DNA of 64,000 nt from Eledone cirrhosa (taxonomy: Eukaryota): assembly GCA_964016885.1 (NCBI GenBank), contig OZ024742.1, positions 31,372,001-31,436,000 of the forward strand, written 5' to 3'. Each line of letters opens with the position of its first letter. Position 1 is the first letter of the stretch. Below the pieces are notes generated by a model. The model ran no database searches and was not told where the DNA came from. It saw only the letters and a list, made by a program, of their open reading frames with translations. The position numbers and the translations under genes are program-made. Positions 27,340 through 40,539 of the stretch are shown here, piece by piece.

Positions 27340-29990
27340 CCTTTGTTTTTTTATGTCCTATCAACTAATCCGACCTCCAAAATGCTTGCAATTGACTATT
27401 ATTTTTAGCATATTAACAACAAATATGATTTCCACTGCAATTAAAAATAACTAGCTTTGTGAATGGTTTTTCCACCCACTTTCTGCCTTCATTTTGCTAC
27501 AAAGCTAATCATTCACGATAGGTTTCAAAGTTATATTCATTCATAATATGTGAAAAAATAGTCAACTGCGAGCATTGGTGTGATGTAAATGGTAGGAGTA
27601 GGTGTTCTGTAATAAATTTACCATATAGTGAAGTATGGTTATGGTGAAGTATATGGTGTGGTTTAGGGTAGATTAATGTGCTGTGGTGTGCTTTGTTATA
27701 AGTGAGGATTTAAATTTCCACTTTGATTTATGTTAGAAAAAAAATTTTTCCTTCATTTTTGCATGTGCTATCGACTTCCAAGATGCTCGCAGTGGACTAT
27801 GCTTTTAGCATATTAACAAAAATATGACTTCCGCTGCAATAAAAAATGGCTAGCTTTGTAAATGGTATTTCCACCCACATCCTCCCTCTTTTTTCTACAA
27901 AGCTAGTCATTTTCATCAGGTTTCCATGTCATCACTATTGATATGTGCATAAAATAGTAATTTGCGAGCACCTTTTATGTCAAATTGGGTGGTAAGCACA
28001 AAAAAAAAAAAAAAAAGCCAGATGAAAATTTGTCACACCAAAATCAATATCTTGGTGTGATGTAGTATGGTGTGGTTTGGTGAAGTTTCTACAAAGATAG
28101 TCATTTTCGACAGGTTTCCATGTCATAATTATTGATAAGTGGAAAAAAAATAGTCAATTGGGAGCACCTTTAATGTCAGATTGGGTGGTAAGCACACACA
28201 CGAAAAAAAAAAAGGAAACGGGAAGAAAATTTTTCACACCAAGATCAATAGCTTGGTGTGATGTAGTATGGTGTAACTTGGTATGGTATGGTCTGGTTTG
28301 GTGAAGTTATGAATAGGAAACCAATTCTAAACGATAGATTCCCATGTCATATTCATTGATAATGTGGGAAAATAGTAATTTGCAAGCACCTTTGATGTTA
28401 GTTTGGGTGGTAACCACAAAAAAAAAGCAGGTAGCAAATTTGTCACATTGATGTCCATACCATGGTGTGATGTAAATGATAGAAGTATGTGTTCTGTAAT
28501 AAATTTACCATAATATGGTGCTGTTTGATATGGTGTGGTTTGGGGTAGATTAACGTGGTGTGGTGTGTTTTGTTATAAGTAAGGAATTAAATTTCCACTT
28601 TGATTTATGTAAGAAAAAAATTTTTCCTTCACTTTTGCATGTGCTATCAACTAATACAATTTCCAAGATGCTCGCAGTGGACTATGCTTTTAGCATATTA
28701 ACAAAAAATATGACTTCCGCTGCAATTAAAAATGACTAGCTTTGTAAATGGTATTTCCACCCACATCCTCCCTCTTTTTTCTACAAAACTAGTCATTTTC
28801 GACAGTTTTCCATGTCATAATTATTGGTAATATGTGCGTAAAATAGTCAATTGCAGCACCTTTGATGTCAGATTGGGTGGTAAGAACACACACAAAAAAA
28901 AAAGAAACAGGAAGAAAATTTTTCACACTGAGATCAAAAGCATGGTGTGATGTAGAATGGTGTAGTTTGTTATGGTGTGGTTTGGATTGTTGTAGTTATG
29001 ACATGGGAACCTATTGCAAATGATAGGTTTCCATGTTATATACATTGATAATGTGTAAAAAAATAGTAATTTGTGCACCTTTGATATCAGATTGGGTGGT
29101 AAGCAAACACACACACAGAAAAAAAAACAGGAAGAAAAATGTTCTCACTGAGATTAATAGCATGGTGTGATGTAGTATGGTGTAGTTTGATGTAGTTTAA
29201 TGTGGTATGGTTTTCCAACCTCCAACATGCTCACAACTGACTATGCTTTTACCATCATCATCATCATTTTACGTCCACTTTTCCCTGCTTGCAAGGGTGG
29301 GACGGGAACTGATTCTGGCTTGATTTCTACAGCTGGATGCCCTTCCTAACACCAACCTCATTTACAGTGAGTGCTGGGTGGTTTTTGCCGTGGAACCTAC
29401 ACGACCACTTTGCAGTGGAATGATAGGGACCCCAGTCCCTATCATCTCATTTCTACAGCTGAGTAAACTGGAGCAATGTGAAATAAAGTGTCTTGCTCAA
29501 GGAAACAACACACCACCTGGTCTGAGAATTGAACTCACAACCTTTCGATTGCAAGGCCAATGCTCTAACCACTAAGCCATGTGCCTCCATTACCATATTA
29601 ACAACAAATATTACTTTCACTGCAATCAAAAATGACAAGCTTTGTGAATGGTATTTCCACCCACTTTCTGCCCTCTTTTTTCTAAAAAGCTAGTCATTTT
29701 CAACAGGTTTCAAAGTCTTCATTGATAATATGTGCAAAAAATAGTTAATTGCGAACACTTTTAATGTCAGATTGGGTGGTAAGCACACACAAAAAAAGAC
29801 AAAAAAAGCAGGAAGAACATTTTTCACACTGAGTTCAATAGCATGGTGTGATGTAGTATGGTGTAGTTTATTATGGTGAGGTTTGGTTTGGTGTAGTTTG
29901 GTATGGTTTAGTTTGGTGTAGCTATAACATGGAAACGTATCATAAATTTACCAAGGTATGGTATAATCTGGTTTGGTGTAGTTTAGGTTA
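27340..29990. repeat. Degenerate complex tandem repeat (subunits of about 200 bp) with a SINE inserted
   Basis: Recurrent gtcagattgggtggtaagcac, catggtgtgatgtag and aatggtatttccacccac blocks. Confidence 0.75.
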
Positions 29991-30124
29991 GTGTGGTGTG
30001 GTGTGTTATTGTGTTGCATCGTATAGCGTGATTCTCTTTAAATTAAAATCATTAAAATGTAATGCCTATCTTCTATATCTTAAAGAGTGACCTTAAATGT
30101 GATTGCAAATGACATTTTTCTCTG

Positions 30125-33100
30125 GATTAATGTTAGATTTAGGGTTAGTGTCAGGGTAAGTTTTACTGTTAATGGTAAGTTTATTGTTAGTGACTGTGTT
30201 ACTGTTAGCATTACTGTCACTGTTAGTGTTACTGTAACTGTTACTTTTACAGTTACTGTTTGCGTTACTGTCTGCATCAGCGTTAGCATTTGCATAAGCG
30301 TCTATGTAAGCTTTTGTGTTAGTGTCTATGTAGACTGGTGTTAGCATCTGCGTTAGTGTTTGGATTAGCCTTAGTGTTTGCGTAAGTGTCAGCATCTATG
30401 TCAGCATTTGCGTCAGCGTCTGCATTGGTGATAGTGATTGTGTCAGCATTTCCCTTAGCGTCTGAGTCAACATTAGTGTTAGCATTAGTGTTTGTTTCAG
30501 TGCCTGCGTCTACGTCAGCTTCCGAGTCAGCATTATCATTAGCGTCCGTGTCAGCACTTGTGTCAGTGTCAGCATTTCCCTCAGTGTCAGCGTTTGCATC
30601 AGCGTGCACGTCAGCATTTGCATTAGTGTTTGAGTTAGTGTTAGCATCAGCGTTTGCATTTGTGTAGGGGTTAGCATTTGCGTCAGCATCTGCATCAGCA
30701 TTCACATTAGCATTAGCGTTTGCGACAGCGTTTCCTTTAACGTCTTTGTCAGCATTTCCGTTAGCGCATGTGTCAGTGTTTCCGTTAGCTTCTACGTCAG
30801 TGTTTACGTTAGCGTCTGTGTCAGTGTTTCCGTTAGCTTCTACGTCAGCATTTCCGTTAGCATCTATGTCAGTGTTTCCGTTAGCTTCTACGTCAGCGTT
30901 TCCGACCGCGTCTGTGTCAGCGTCAGTATTTACATCTACATCAGCGTCAGCGTTTCAGTTAACGTCAGTGTTTACGTTAGCGTCTGTGTCAGCATGTACG
31001 TTAGCGTCTGTGTCAGCGTTTACTTTAGCGTCTGTGTCAGCGTTTACGTTAGCTTCTTTGTCAGCGTTTCTGTAACGTCTACGTCAGCGTTTCCGTTAGC
31101 ATTGGCGTTTCCATTAACCTTTCCTGTGGCGTCCGCATCATTGCAGCGTCTGCATATCCCATGTAAGCGTTAACTTTAGCATTTGCGTCAGCGTTAGCGT
31201 TAGCCTTAGCCCTAGCGTCCGCATCAGCATTTGCGTTAGCGTCAGCATACACGTCAGCGCCGGCAAAACTGCCTCAACATTTGCGTCAGCGTTAGTTTGG
31301 CTTTGGCTTCTGCAATCCGCATCAGCAATTGCGTTTTGGAGATCAGTTTCGGCGGTAAGGGTAAACGCTAATTTCTACGCCTGCTTCTACGTTAACAACT
31401 ACGTCAGCGTTTTGTTAGCTTCTACGTCAGCGTTTACGTTAGTTTCTACGTCAGCATCTACGTTAGCTTCTACGTCAGCGTCTACGTTAACATCTACGTC
31501 ATCGTTTACGTTAGCTTCTACGTCAGCATCTACATTAGCTTCTACGTCAGCGTCTGTGTCAGTGTCTGTATTTACATCTACATCAGCGTCAGCGTTTACA
31601 TTTGCGTCTGTGTCAGCGTTTACGTTAGCTTCTACGTCATCGTTTACATTAGCGTCTGCGTCATCGTTTACGTTAGCGTCTGTGTCAACGTGTGTTAGCA
31701 TCTGTGTTAGCGTTTATGTTAGCGTCTGCATCAGTGTTTATATTAGCATCTGCGTCAGTGTTTATGTTAGCATCTGTGTTAACATGTGTTAGCGTCTGTG
31801 TCAGCGTCTGCACTTTCATTAGTGTATAGCAAAATACTAGTTAATATGAATATAACAAGAGACGTGGTTTGTGTGTATAATATTTAATTAACAATTTGTG
31901 GATATATAGAACAGTATAGTTGACATGTCAATGAATAGATGAAATAATGAAGCAAAGTTATTAGTTACCGTTTGGTTGCCAGGCGAATGTGCCCGGCCGA
32001 AGACGCCTGGCCGAAGGCCAGGAGCCGAAAAGGCAAATGAGAGATAGGGAGCTTAAAGTTATTCCCTTTATAGGGTTGGGACGGAAGTGACAGAAAGGGT
32101 TCTACTTCCTATCTAGAGAGCGTTAATCTATTGGTGATGTGAGTGTCACAACAAGGGAGGCAACTCCTGCTACATTATCTCCCGCTAGATTTTTAAAATA
32201 TAAAAATCGAATGAAATATGTATGTAGTAAGTTGGCGAGAATGTTGTAACAGGCATGAAAATTACGAAAAAACTAATGTTTGCAATAATAGGAAAACAGC
32301 AAAATATATACATGCAAAAATCAATGATAGATATCAAGGTAGCCAACCGCTCTTGGCCAGAGAACGACTGGACATCTATCTATCCATCACCCAAAAATAC
32401 AATGTAATCAAAGTAAGAGAAGAGCTCAAAGTTCAAATGTTCAAAATACAGTTCACAGGTGTGCAATCACATGACAGGAGGAAAGAAAGTGTGTTCCAGA
32501 GAATGAATGCAGGTGGTTTCTGTTATGTGGTATAACGTGAAATTTCCACCCTCCGAATGGATTTTCTCACAGGAAGAGTGCTGCAAAAATAAATTCTCTG
32601 GCTTGTTCTGCTGGTTTTGGTTGTTGATGAAGCTGTGTTGCTGTTGATGTTGTTGTCACGTGGAGTGAGCGTATTCGATGTTTAAATTCACAGTAAAAAA
32701 ATTTTCAAGAAAAAATGAGTTGCGCAAAGTGCTAGAAATAACAGCCGAAGTTGATGGTCGATGTTGAGAATGCGTTGACCTGGAAGGGTCAAGAGGCCAG
32801 CGACCAAAGAAATAAGCATTCTGAATAAATGCACAGTTTTCAACGGCAAATTTACGTGGTAAATTTTTAAACCGGCAAATAGGAGAATATATCTCTGGCG
32901 TGTGGTTATCTCCGTGAGTCGAGAATTGTGCTGCCTACACGTGCCAAAACAAGGTTAAGTTGAAAAAAAAAATTTCTAATGCGCGAGAAAATGGCGCGAA
33001 AATGATAGTGCAACAGGTCGTTGGCAGCCATTTTGAAAAATGTGTGTGTGAACGTGACAATATGATGAAAAAGAAAGAAAGGCTTCACTTAGTATAACAA

Positions 33101-36100
33101 ATATGGCGAGATCAATTTTTTTTTGTGAACGATGAAGAAAACGATGAAAAAAGGCAATAGTTGAGATTCATTGAAAATAAATGTTCATGTTGAAATGTGT
33201 AAAAAAAAAATCAAATTTCTTTTTTTGTTTTTGTTTTTAAAGTAAGAAGAAACGAAAAACATATATATATACAGTGAAATGCGACAGTTAGTTGATGCGT
33301 GAGAGAAAAAGAGTCTGTCTGAACGAGAATTTCACATGTGCGTGTGTTCGTTTCTGTCTCTGCGTATTTTCATAGTTTGTCAATAAAATTTGCTGCGTAT
33401 TCGCAATGTTACTCACACAACACCAGATTCTGCTATTTTTCTTTTTTTCAGGGTCACCACTTATAGCAAAATACTGGTGTGTATGAATATAACAAGAGAC
33501 GTTGTTTTGTGTGTATAATATTTAATTAACAATTTGTGGATATATAGAACAGTATAGTTGATATGTCAATGAATAGATAAAAGAATGAAGCAAAGTTATT
33601 AGTTACCGTTTGGTTGCCAGGCGAACGAGCCTGGCCGAAGGCCAGGAGCCGAAAAGGCAAATGAGAGATAGGGAGCTTAAAGTTATTCCCTTTATAGGGT
33701 TGGAATGGAAGTGACAGAAAGGGTTCTACTTCCTATCTAGAGAGCGTTAATCTATTGGTGATATGAGTGTCACAACAAGGGCGGCAACTCCTGCTACAAG
33801 TGTTTGCATCAGTATTTCCTTTAGCTTCTACGTCAATGTTTACGTCTGCGTTAAGGTTCACATTAGCATCGCTGTCATCGTTTGCGTCAGCATTTGCGTT
33901 TGCTTTAACATCTGCATCAACATTTGCGTCTGTGTTTGCATTAGTGTCTGCATTTGCTTTAGTGTTTGCATCAGCGTGAGCATTTGTGTCAGTGTCCACG
34001 TCAGCGTTAGAGTCTGTGTAGCATTTACATCAGCGTGTGCGTCAGAGTCTTTGTCAGCATTCGCCTTTGCACCTGCATCAGTATTCACGTTAGTGTTTGT
34101 GTCAGCGTAAGCGATTGTGTCAACATTTGCGCTAGCGTTTGTGCCAGCATAACCATCTTCATCAGTGTCAGCGTTGGCGTTAGTGTTAGTGTTTCCATTA
34201 GTGTTCGTGTTAGTGTTTGATTTTGTATTAGTGTTAGCATTTTTGTTAGTGTTAGTGTTCAGGTTTGTGTTAGTGTTTGTGTTAGTGTTCAGGTTAATGT
34301 TGACTTAGTTTTCTGGTTAGTGTTAGTTTTCAGGTTAGGGATCGTGTTACTTTTAGTGTTAGTGCTCAGGTTAGTGGTTTATGGTAGTGTTAGTTTTAGT
34401 GGTAGTGTTAGTATTCAGGTTAATGTTCGTGTTAATGTCAGTTTTAGTATTAGTGTTCAGGTTAGTGTTAGTGTTTACGGTAGTGTTAGTTTTAGTGTTA
34501 GTGTTATTTTTTCCATTAGTGTTAGTGTTTTATTTTGTATTAATGTTTGTGTTAGTGTTTCCATTAGTGTTAGTGCTAGTCTTTGTTTTTCTGTTAATGT
34601 TAGTGTTTGTTTTAGTGTTGAGGTTAATGTTAGCTTAGTTTTCTGGTTAGTATCAGTTTTCGTGTTAGTTTTAGTGTTAGTGTCCAGGTTAGTGTTAGTG
34701 TTTTTTTTAGTGTTAGTGTTTTTTTAGTGTTAGTTTTTATGGTAGTGTTAGTGTTACTGTTAGTGCTCAGATCAGTGTTAGTGTTTGTGTTACTGTTTAT
34801 GGTAGTGTTAGTTTTAGTGCTAGTGTTTAGGTTAATGTTAGTTTTAGTGTAAGTGTTCAGGTTAGTGTTAAAGTTATGTTAGTGTTAATGTTAGTTTTAG
34901 TGTTAAAGTTAGTGTTAAAGATTGTGTTAGTGTTTGTTTTTGTGTTAATATTTGTGTTAGTATCTCTGTTAGCATTAGTGATTGATGTTTTCATTAGTGT
35001 TAGTATCTCTGTTAGTGTTAGTTTTAGTGTAAGTGTTCAGGCTAGTGTTAGTGTTCAAGTTAATGTTAGTGTTAGTTTTAGTGTTAAGTTTAGTGTTAGA
35101 GATTGTGTTAGTGTTAGTATTTGTTTTTGTGTTAATATTTGTGTTAGTATCTCTGTTAGCATTAGTGTTTGATGTTTCCATTAGTGTTAGTGATTGTGTT
35201 AGCGTTAGTCTTTGTTTTTGTGTTAAGGTTAGCGTTAATGTTAGCATTAGTATTTCTGTTAGTGTTAGCATGAGTGTTTGTGTTAGTGTTCAGGTTAATG
35301 TTAGCTTAGTTTTCAGGTTAGTGTTAGTGTTCAAGTTAATGTTAGTTTTAGTGTTAGAGATTGTGTTAGTGTTTGTTTTTGTGTTAATATTTGTGTTAGT
35401 ATCTCTGTTAGCATTAGTGTTTGATGTTTCCATTAGTGTTAGTGATTGTGTTAGCGTTAGTCTTTGTTTTTGTGTTAAGGTTAGCGTTAATGTTAGCATT
35501 AGTATTTCTGTTAGTGTTAGCATTAGTGTTTATGTTAGTGTTCAGGTTAATGTTAGCTTAGTTTTCAGGTTAGAGTTAGTGTTCAAGTTAATGTTAGATT
35601 TAGGGTTAGTGTTGAGGTTAGTGTTAGAGATTGTGTTAGTGTTTGTTTTTGTGTTAATATTTGTGTTAGTATCTCTGTTAGCGTTAGTGTTTGTTTTAGT
35701 GTTGAAGTTAATGTTAGCTTAGTTTTCTGGTTAGCATCAGTTTTCAGATTAGTGTTTGTGTTAGTGTTACTTTTAGTGTTAGTGCTCAGGTCAGTGTTAG
35801 TGTTTATGGTAGTGTTAGTTTTAGTGCTAGTGTTCAGGCTAATGTCTGTGCTAATGTTAGTTTTAGTGTAAGTGTTCAGGTTAGTGTTAGTGTTTGTATT
35901 AGTGTTTGCGGTAGTGTTAGTTTTAGTGCTGGTGTTCAGGTTAGTGTTAGTGTCAGTTTTAGTGTTAGTGTTCAGGTTAGTGTTTGTGTTAGTTTTCTAT
36001 TTAATGTTAGTTTTCAGATTTTGTGTTTGTGTTAGTTTTCATGTTAGCGCTAAGTTCACTGTTAGAGCATGTGTGAGTGCAAGTGTTAGGGTAAGTTATT
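30125..36100. repeat. Degenerate hexamer satellite (GTTAGT / GTCAGC), about 4 kb excluding the LTR insert
   Basis: 6-bp periodicity throughout; the ORFs are short, low-complexity and occur in many frames. Confidence 0.85.
31825..33798 (-). mobile_element. Non-autonomous LTR retroelement (1974 bp)
   Basis: LTRs at 31825-32174 and 33462-33798; minus-strand ends TGTAGCA...TGCTATA. TSD AGTG at 31821-24 and 33799-802. PBS TGGTGACCCTGA at 33448-59 (tRNA-Trp-like). Purine tract AGCGGGAGATAA before the 3' LTR. No gag or pol. Confidence 0.9.
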
Positions 36101-36944
36101 TTTAAAGTTAGGTTTTCTACTTTCCAGGAAAAAGTTGATCCTCTCTAACTTGAGTGGTGTGATATAGTGTGGTAAAGTATAGTGTTTCATAGTCTTGTGT
36201 GGTGTTGTCTATTGTTGTATAGTGTAGTATGGTATATTGTTTCATAGCATGGTCTGATGTGAGGTCGTACAGTGTTTCGTAGTGTGGTGTTGGATAATGT
36301 GGTATGGTATAATGTTTGTCAGTGTGGTGTGGTATGGTATAGGTTGATGTAGTGTGGCTTAGTTTGATTATAATAATACAAATAATAATAACAATAATAA
36401 TAGTAATAATAATTGTTCTTCTTGTTCATTTTCTTTGTCTTCTTCTGTGCCTTTGTTTTCTTCTGTACCTTTGACTGCTTCTGTACCTTTGACTGCTTCT
36501 GTGCCTTTGACTTCTTCTGTGCCTTTATCTTCTCCTCTGTGAACAATAATAATTCTTAGGGGTTTAAAAACCCTAGGAAATGCTATTTACATCATTTCTA
36601 AAAATAGCAAAACAATTGATGCTTTGGATAGAGCCAAATAGAAGTCGTTAGACATGCTCAACCAACCATGACGCCTAAACCAATCAGCTTCAGTAATCCA
36701 GTGAAACTACACACCAATTGGTCGAAATACAGTTTGCAAAATTTAGCATTCTGTAAGCGCTTTTCACTGTATATAAGGCACACAATTTACCCATCTCGTT
36801 ACAGTTGAAAATTGCAAACTTGACTGTCACCACAGAATATGAACCTGAAGATTGCGAAAGCATGAAAGTACTTGTTCAATTAACATTTAACACTTAATAT
36901 TCTACCATACTATTCAGATTACATCTATAAAATTCAGATTACAT

Positions 36945-37048
36945 CTATATATATACACATACATATATATATATATATACATTCATATATATACATACGT
37001 ACACACATATACATATATACAAATACACATATATACATATATACAAAT

Positions 37049-37084
<36 letters not shown>

Positions 37085-37525
37085 TCATATATATACAGAC
37101 ATACACACATATACACATATGCATATATACAAATACACATATACATGCATATATATACACATATACATATATATACATGCATATATATATACATATACAA
37201 TATGTATAGGATTCCTTTCCCTTTGAGCACATAATTTACAGGGAATAACGCGACTCTATGGCTCCGTTAATTTATCTTCATATATATATATACATATATA
37301 CATACACACATATATATACATACACACACACATATATACATACACACACACACATATATATACATACACACACATATGCATACACACATATTTGCATACA
37401 CACACATATATGCATACACACAGATATATACATACACACATATATATACATACACACACACATATATATAGATATATATACATATATATAGATTCATACA
37501 TACACACACACACGTATATATGTAT
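36945..37525. repeat. (TA)/(CA) microsatellites
   Basis: Seen directly. Confidence 0.9.
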
Positions 37526-37809
37526 AAAGTACTTGACGATGTGCATTCTAGTTGTTGAAGAAACTGATTGAATAATACAAACGATGTTTTAATATACAGA
37601 TTCATTATTTGTGTATATATAATATATACAAAGCATATAAATAAATTTACAGTAGAAAAACATAGTAAATATGTTTTAAATATATACATAAATAACATTA
37701 CCAATGCTTAAATAACATTATAAATTGCTCGCGATTCTTTCAGAAGGATATATTCCTTTAATGTTGCAATATTAAAGAAAATATACGTATATATATATAT
37801 ACATACATA

Positions 37810-38291
37810 TATTTATTCAACTAAGGAAAGTTGGTTGATTGAAAATCTGCCGACTCTTTCATAAGAGATGACAAGCACTCAACAGTTTATGTTTATCCGG
37901 AGTTTTATTATAATAATTGTTTCTACTTTGGCACAAGGCCAGCAATTACCCAGTGTATTACTGGTACTTTATTTTATCGACCCCATAAGGATGAAAGGCA
38001 AAGTTAACCTCGGCGGGTTATAATAATAAACAAGAAAGACGGTATCATTTGCCCATGCCTATTTATTTTATTATGCGTATTTCATTTGTATAACACCTGC
38101 CCTACGTGTTCTCATATCAACGAATATCAACGAATATCTCATATCAACGGATATTTACATCTTGCATGGATTTTTGTCGGAAGAAAACACGTAGGGCAGA
38201 TATTATACAAATGACATATGTCTTCGAAATAAGTATAATAAAATAAATAGGGATGAACAAGTGATACCGTCTTTCTTCTTTATTATTATAC
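37810..38291. mobile_element. Decayed palindromic Penelope-like element with a SINE fragment inserted
   Basis: Imperfect inverted arms at about 38018-38110 and 38187-38290; AGCACTC (reverse of GAGTGCT) tail; hammerhead-like core CGGAAGA..GAAA taagta TA at 38170-38245. Confidence 0.6.
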
Positions 38292-38297
38292 ACACAC

Positions 38298-38347
<50 letters not shown>

Positions 38348-38589
38348 CATACATACATATATATATATACATACATAGTAATAATAATAATATTTATACT
38401 TATATATGATTATAAATATGGATGGTAGTACTAAGTACTAGCCAGTTACCGGTAGGAGAAAAGGCTCAATGTAAATTTTCAAATGTATTACAGAGCCGAG
38501 ATACAAAATATAAAATAAAATCTTAGTTTAATACATTTAATTGCTGATCATTTTTTTTTTACATACATACATATACATACATACATACA

Positions 38590-38625
<36 letters not shown>

Positions 38626-38665
38626 TACAATATATTAATAAATGGAAACTATATTTATAAAACCA

Positions 38666-38733
38666 TATTTATTTTATACATATTTCAAGGGCCACCAAGG
38701 CAAATTATGGTGCGCTTTCATCAGATAAAAAAT
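38666..38733 (-). ncRNA. Hammerhead core in a fragment of the 17064 family
   Basis: Minus strand tttttat-CTGATGA-aagcgcacca..tggtggccctt-GAAA-tatgta-TA. The flank is nearly identical to 17073-17110. Stem I is damaged. Confidence 0.5.
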
Positions 38734-39593
38734 ATATATATATATACATACATACACACATATATATATATGTATGTATGAAACTTAATTATTCGTGTAA
38801 TGCGACTCCTGTAACGTTTTTAATGTCAATACTTTTAAATAATTATTTGATATTACTTACCATTTTCTTATCTTTTGCTTTTACTGTTTCTTCATTTCTC
38901 TTGCGTTTGTTGACACTTGTAATATTTCCTGGAGAAAAATGGCGCCAAACTTTTCCTTTTGAAAGAATAATGTGATTTGTCACGTGATTGTGTTCACGTG
39001 ATATTACCTCTAAATATGTGAATGCGTCTATATGTATATACGTATTTTTTCCTTGTAAGTTCGGAAAAATGATAAACTGGAATAATTCTAAAATCGGGAA
39101 AATTTTTTATATCACTCAAATGATGCTATTGCATTGAGCATCCTTTTCACACTTCCAGTATCGATGGAAAATGGTTGAATGATGGAAAATGGTTGAATGA
39201 TGGAAAATGGCTGAAGCTTATAAAATTTTACATTCACTCTACAATGTTGTAAGAGAGTTTTGTTGACTTGCATTTTAAACGATAATAAAGCGATTATTAA
39301 TCATTGAAAGACTCAAAATAATAATTCTAATGGAATATTTTTACTTAGTCCGGATAAGAGTATACTATTTTCCATTCCCGAGGGTATACTCTTAAGCGGA
39401 CTCGACTGTACCTGCGGGGCTAGACCGGGAGGGGTGGTCCATCACAATATTTCCGTTCCATGATAGTAAGGCCCCTTCACCTGAGGGGCAAAGGTAAAAC
39501 CTGCAACGATACATTTTCTCAAACAAGAACCTAGTTAATTTCGTGCCAGACAACAGTCTGTCATCATAATTCAATACACATCAGCAACCAACA

Positions 39594-39649
<56 letters not shown>

Positions 39650-39653
<4 letters not shown>

Positions 39654-39838
39654 GTTTCTACTTTAGGCACAAGGCCAGAAATTACCCAGTGCATTACTGA
39701 TACTTTATTTTATCGACCCCGTAAGGATGAAAGGCAAAGTGAACCTCGGCGGGATTTGAACTCAGATCGTAAAGGGACGTAACTATGCTGGAAAGCATGG
39801 CGTCCGACCCTCTACCGATACTGCCAATCCACCGCCCT
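39650..39838 (-). mobile_element. Full-length tRNA-derived SINE with Meta-type core
   Basis: A-box tggcagtatcggtagag, B-box gagttcaaatcc, core gcctttcatccttacggggtcgataaaataaagta. Copies at about 7405, 11245, 11488, 37915, 49810 and 55280. Confidence 0.85.
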
Positions 39839-40539
39839 ATATATAATACCCTGTTGTATATCAATACTAGCTGCTTCCTACCTCTTTATCAGATAAATAT
39901 CATTTTTTTTTTTACAAGCTGTTTTTTAGTCTGTTTTTAGATTCTGCTTGGGGATTACGTTATTGTTGTTGTTTAGCCCTAGGTCAACGTTGACTAAACC
40001 ACAGAATTCCATTATGATCAACGGTATTCCAGCCACGACCATCCCGTCGTTTTAGGTCTATATAATAAGTACATTATCGGACATCGTGTTCTTTCTTAAT
40101 ATTTTTTTAAGGTGGGTGGAAAGAATTGGCTGTTATTTCTAGCAAACTGAGTGCCCACATAGTATGTGTATATGGGGGAGGGGTATTTTAAAGTAAGGGA
40201 GTACAAGTGTTTGTGAAACATTTAATCATTTACATTATAAATTCAAATGTGTGGGTAGTTCTTGGTGATCGAACGAAAGGAACCGATACGAGATCCATTA
40301 ATTCTGTATAAGCCTATCAGAGGTTCATCGATATACCAACCATTGGTAAATATTCCAAGCACACACATACATATATATACATACGTACACAGCATTCTCC
40401 TCACGAAGGGCGAGAGTGGCGATCGCAAACATATATACATATACACACAAACACATACACACCACATATATATATATACGCAGAAACACACACATACAAT
40501 AACGACGAGTACTACGTCCACAACCCTGACTCATCAGGC

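Noticed and set aside
30319-31792. Asp/Asn/Ala-rich acidic matrix protein ORFs
   Set aside because: Short frames with stops, no convincing splice sites or signal peptide; explained by the hexamer satellite.
36319-36546. Lys-rich histone-H1-like ORF (KKSKAQKQSKVQ)
   Set aside because: An 18-bp tandem repeat running into an (ATT)n tract, with no supported gene structure.
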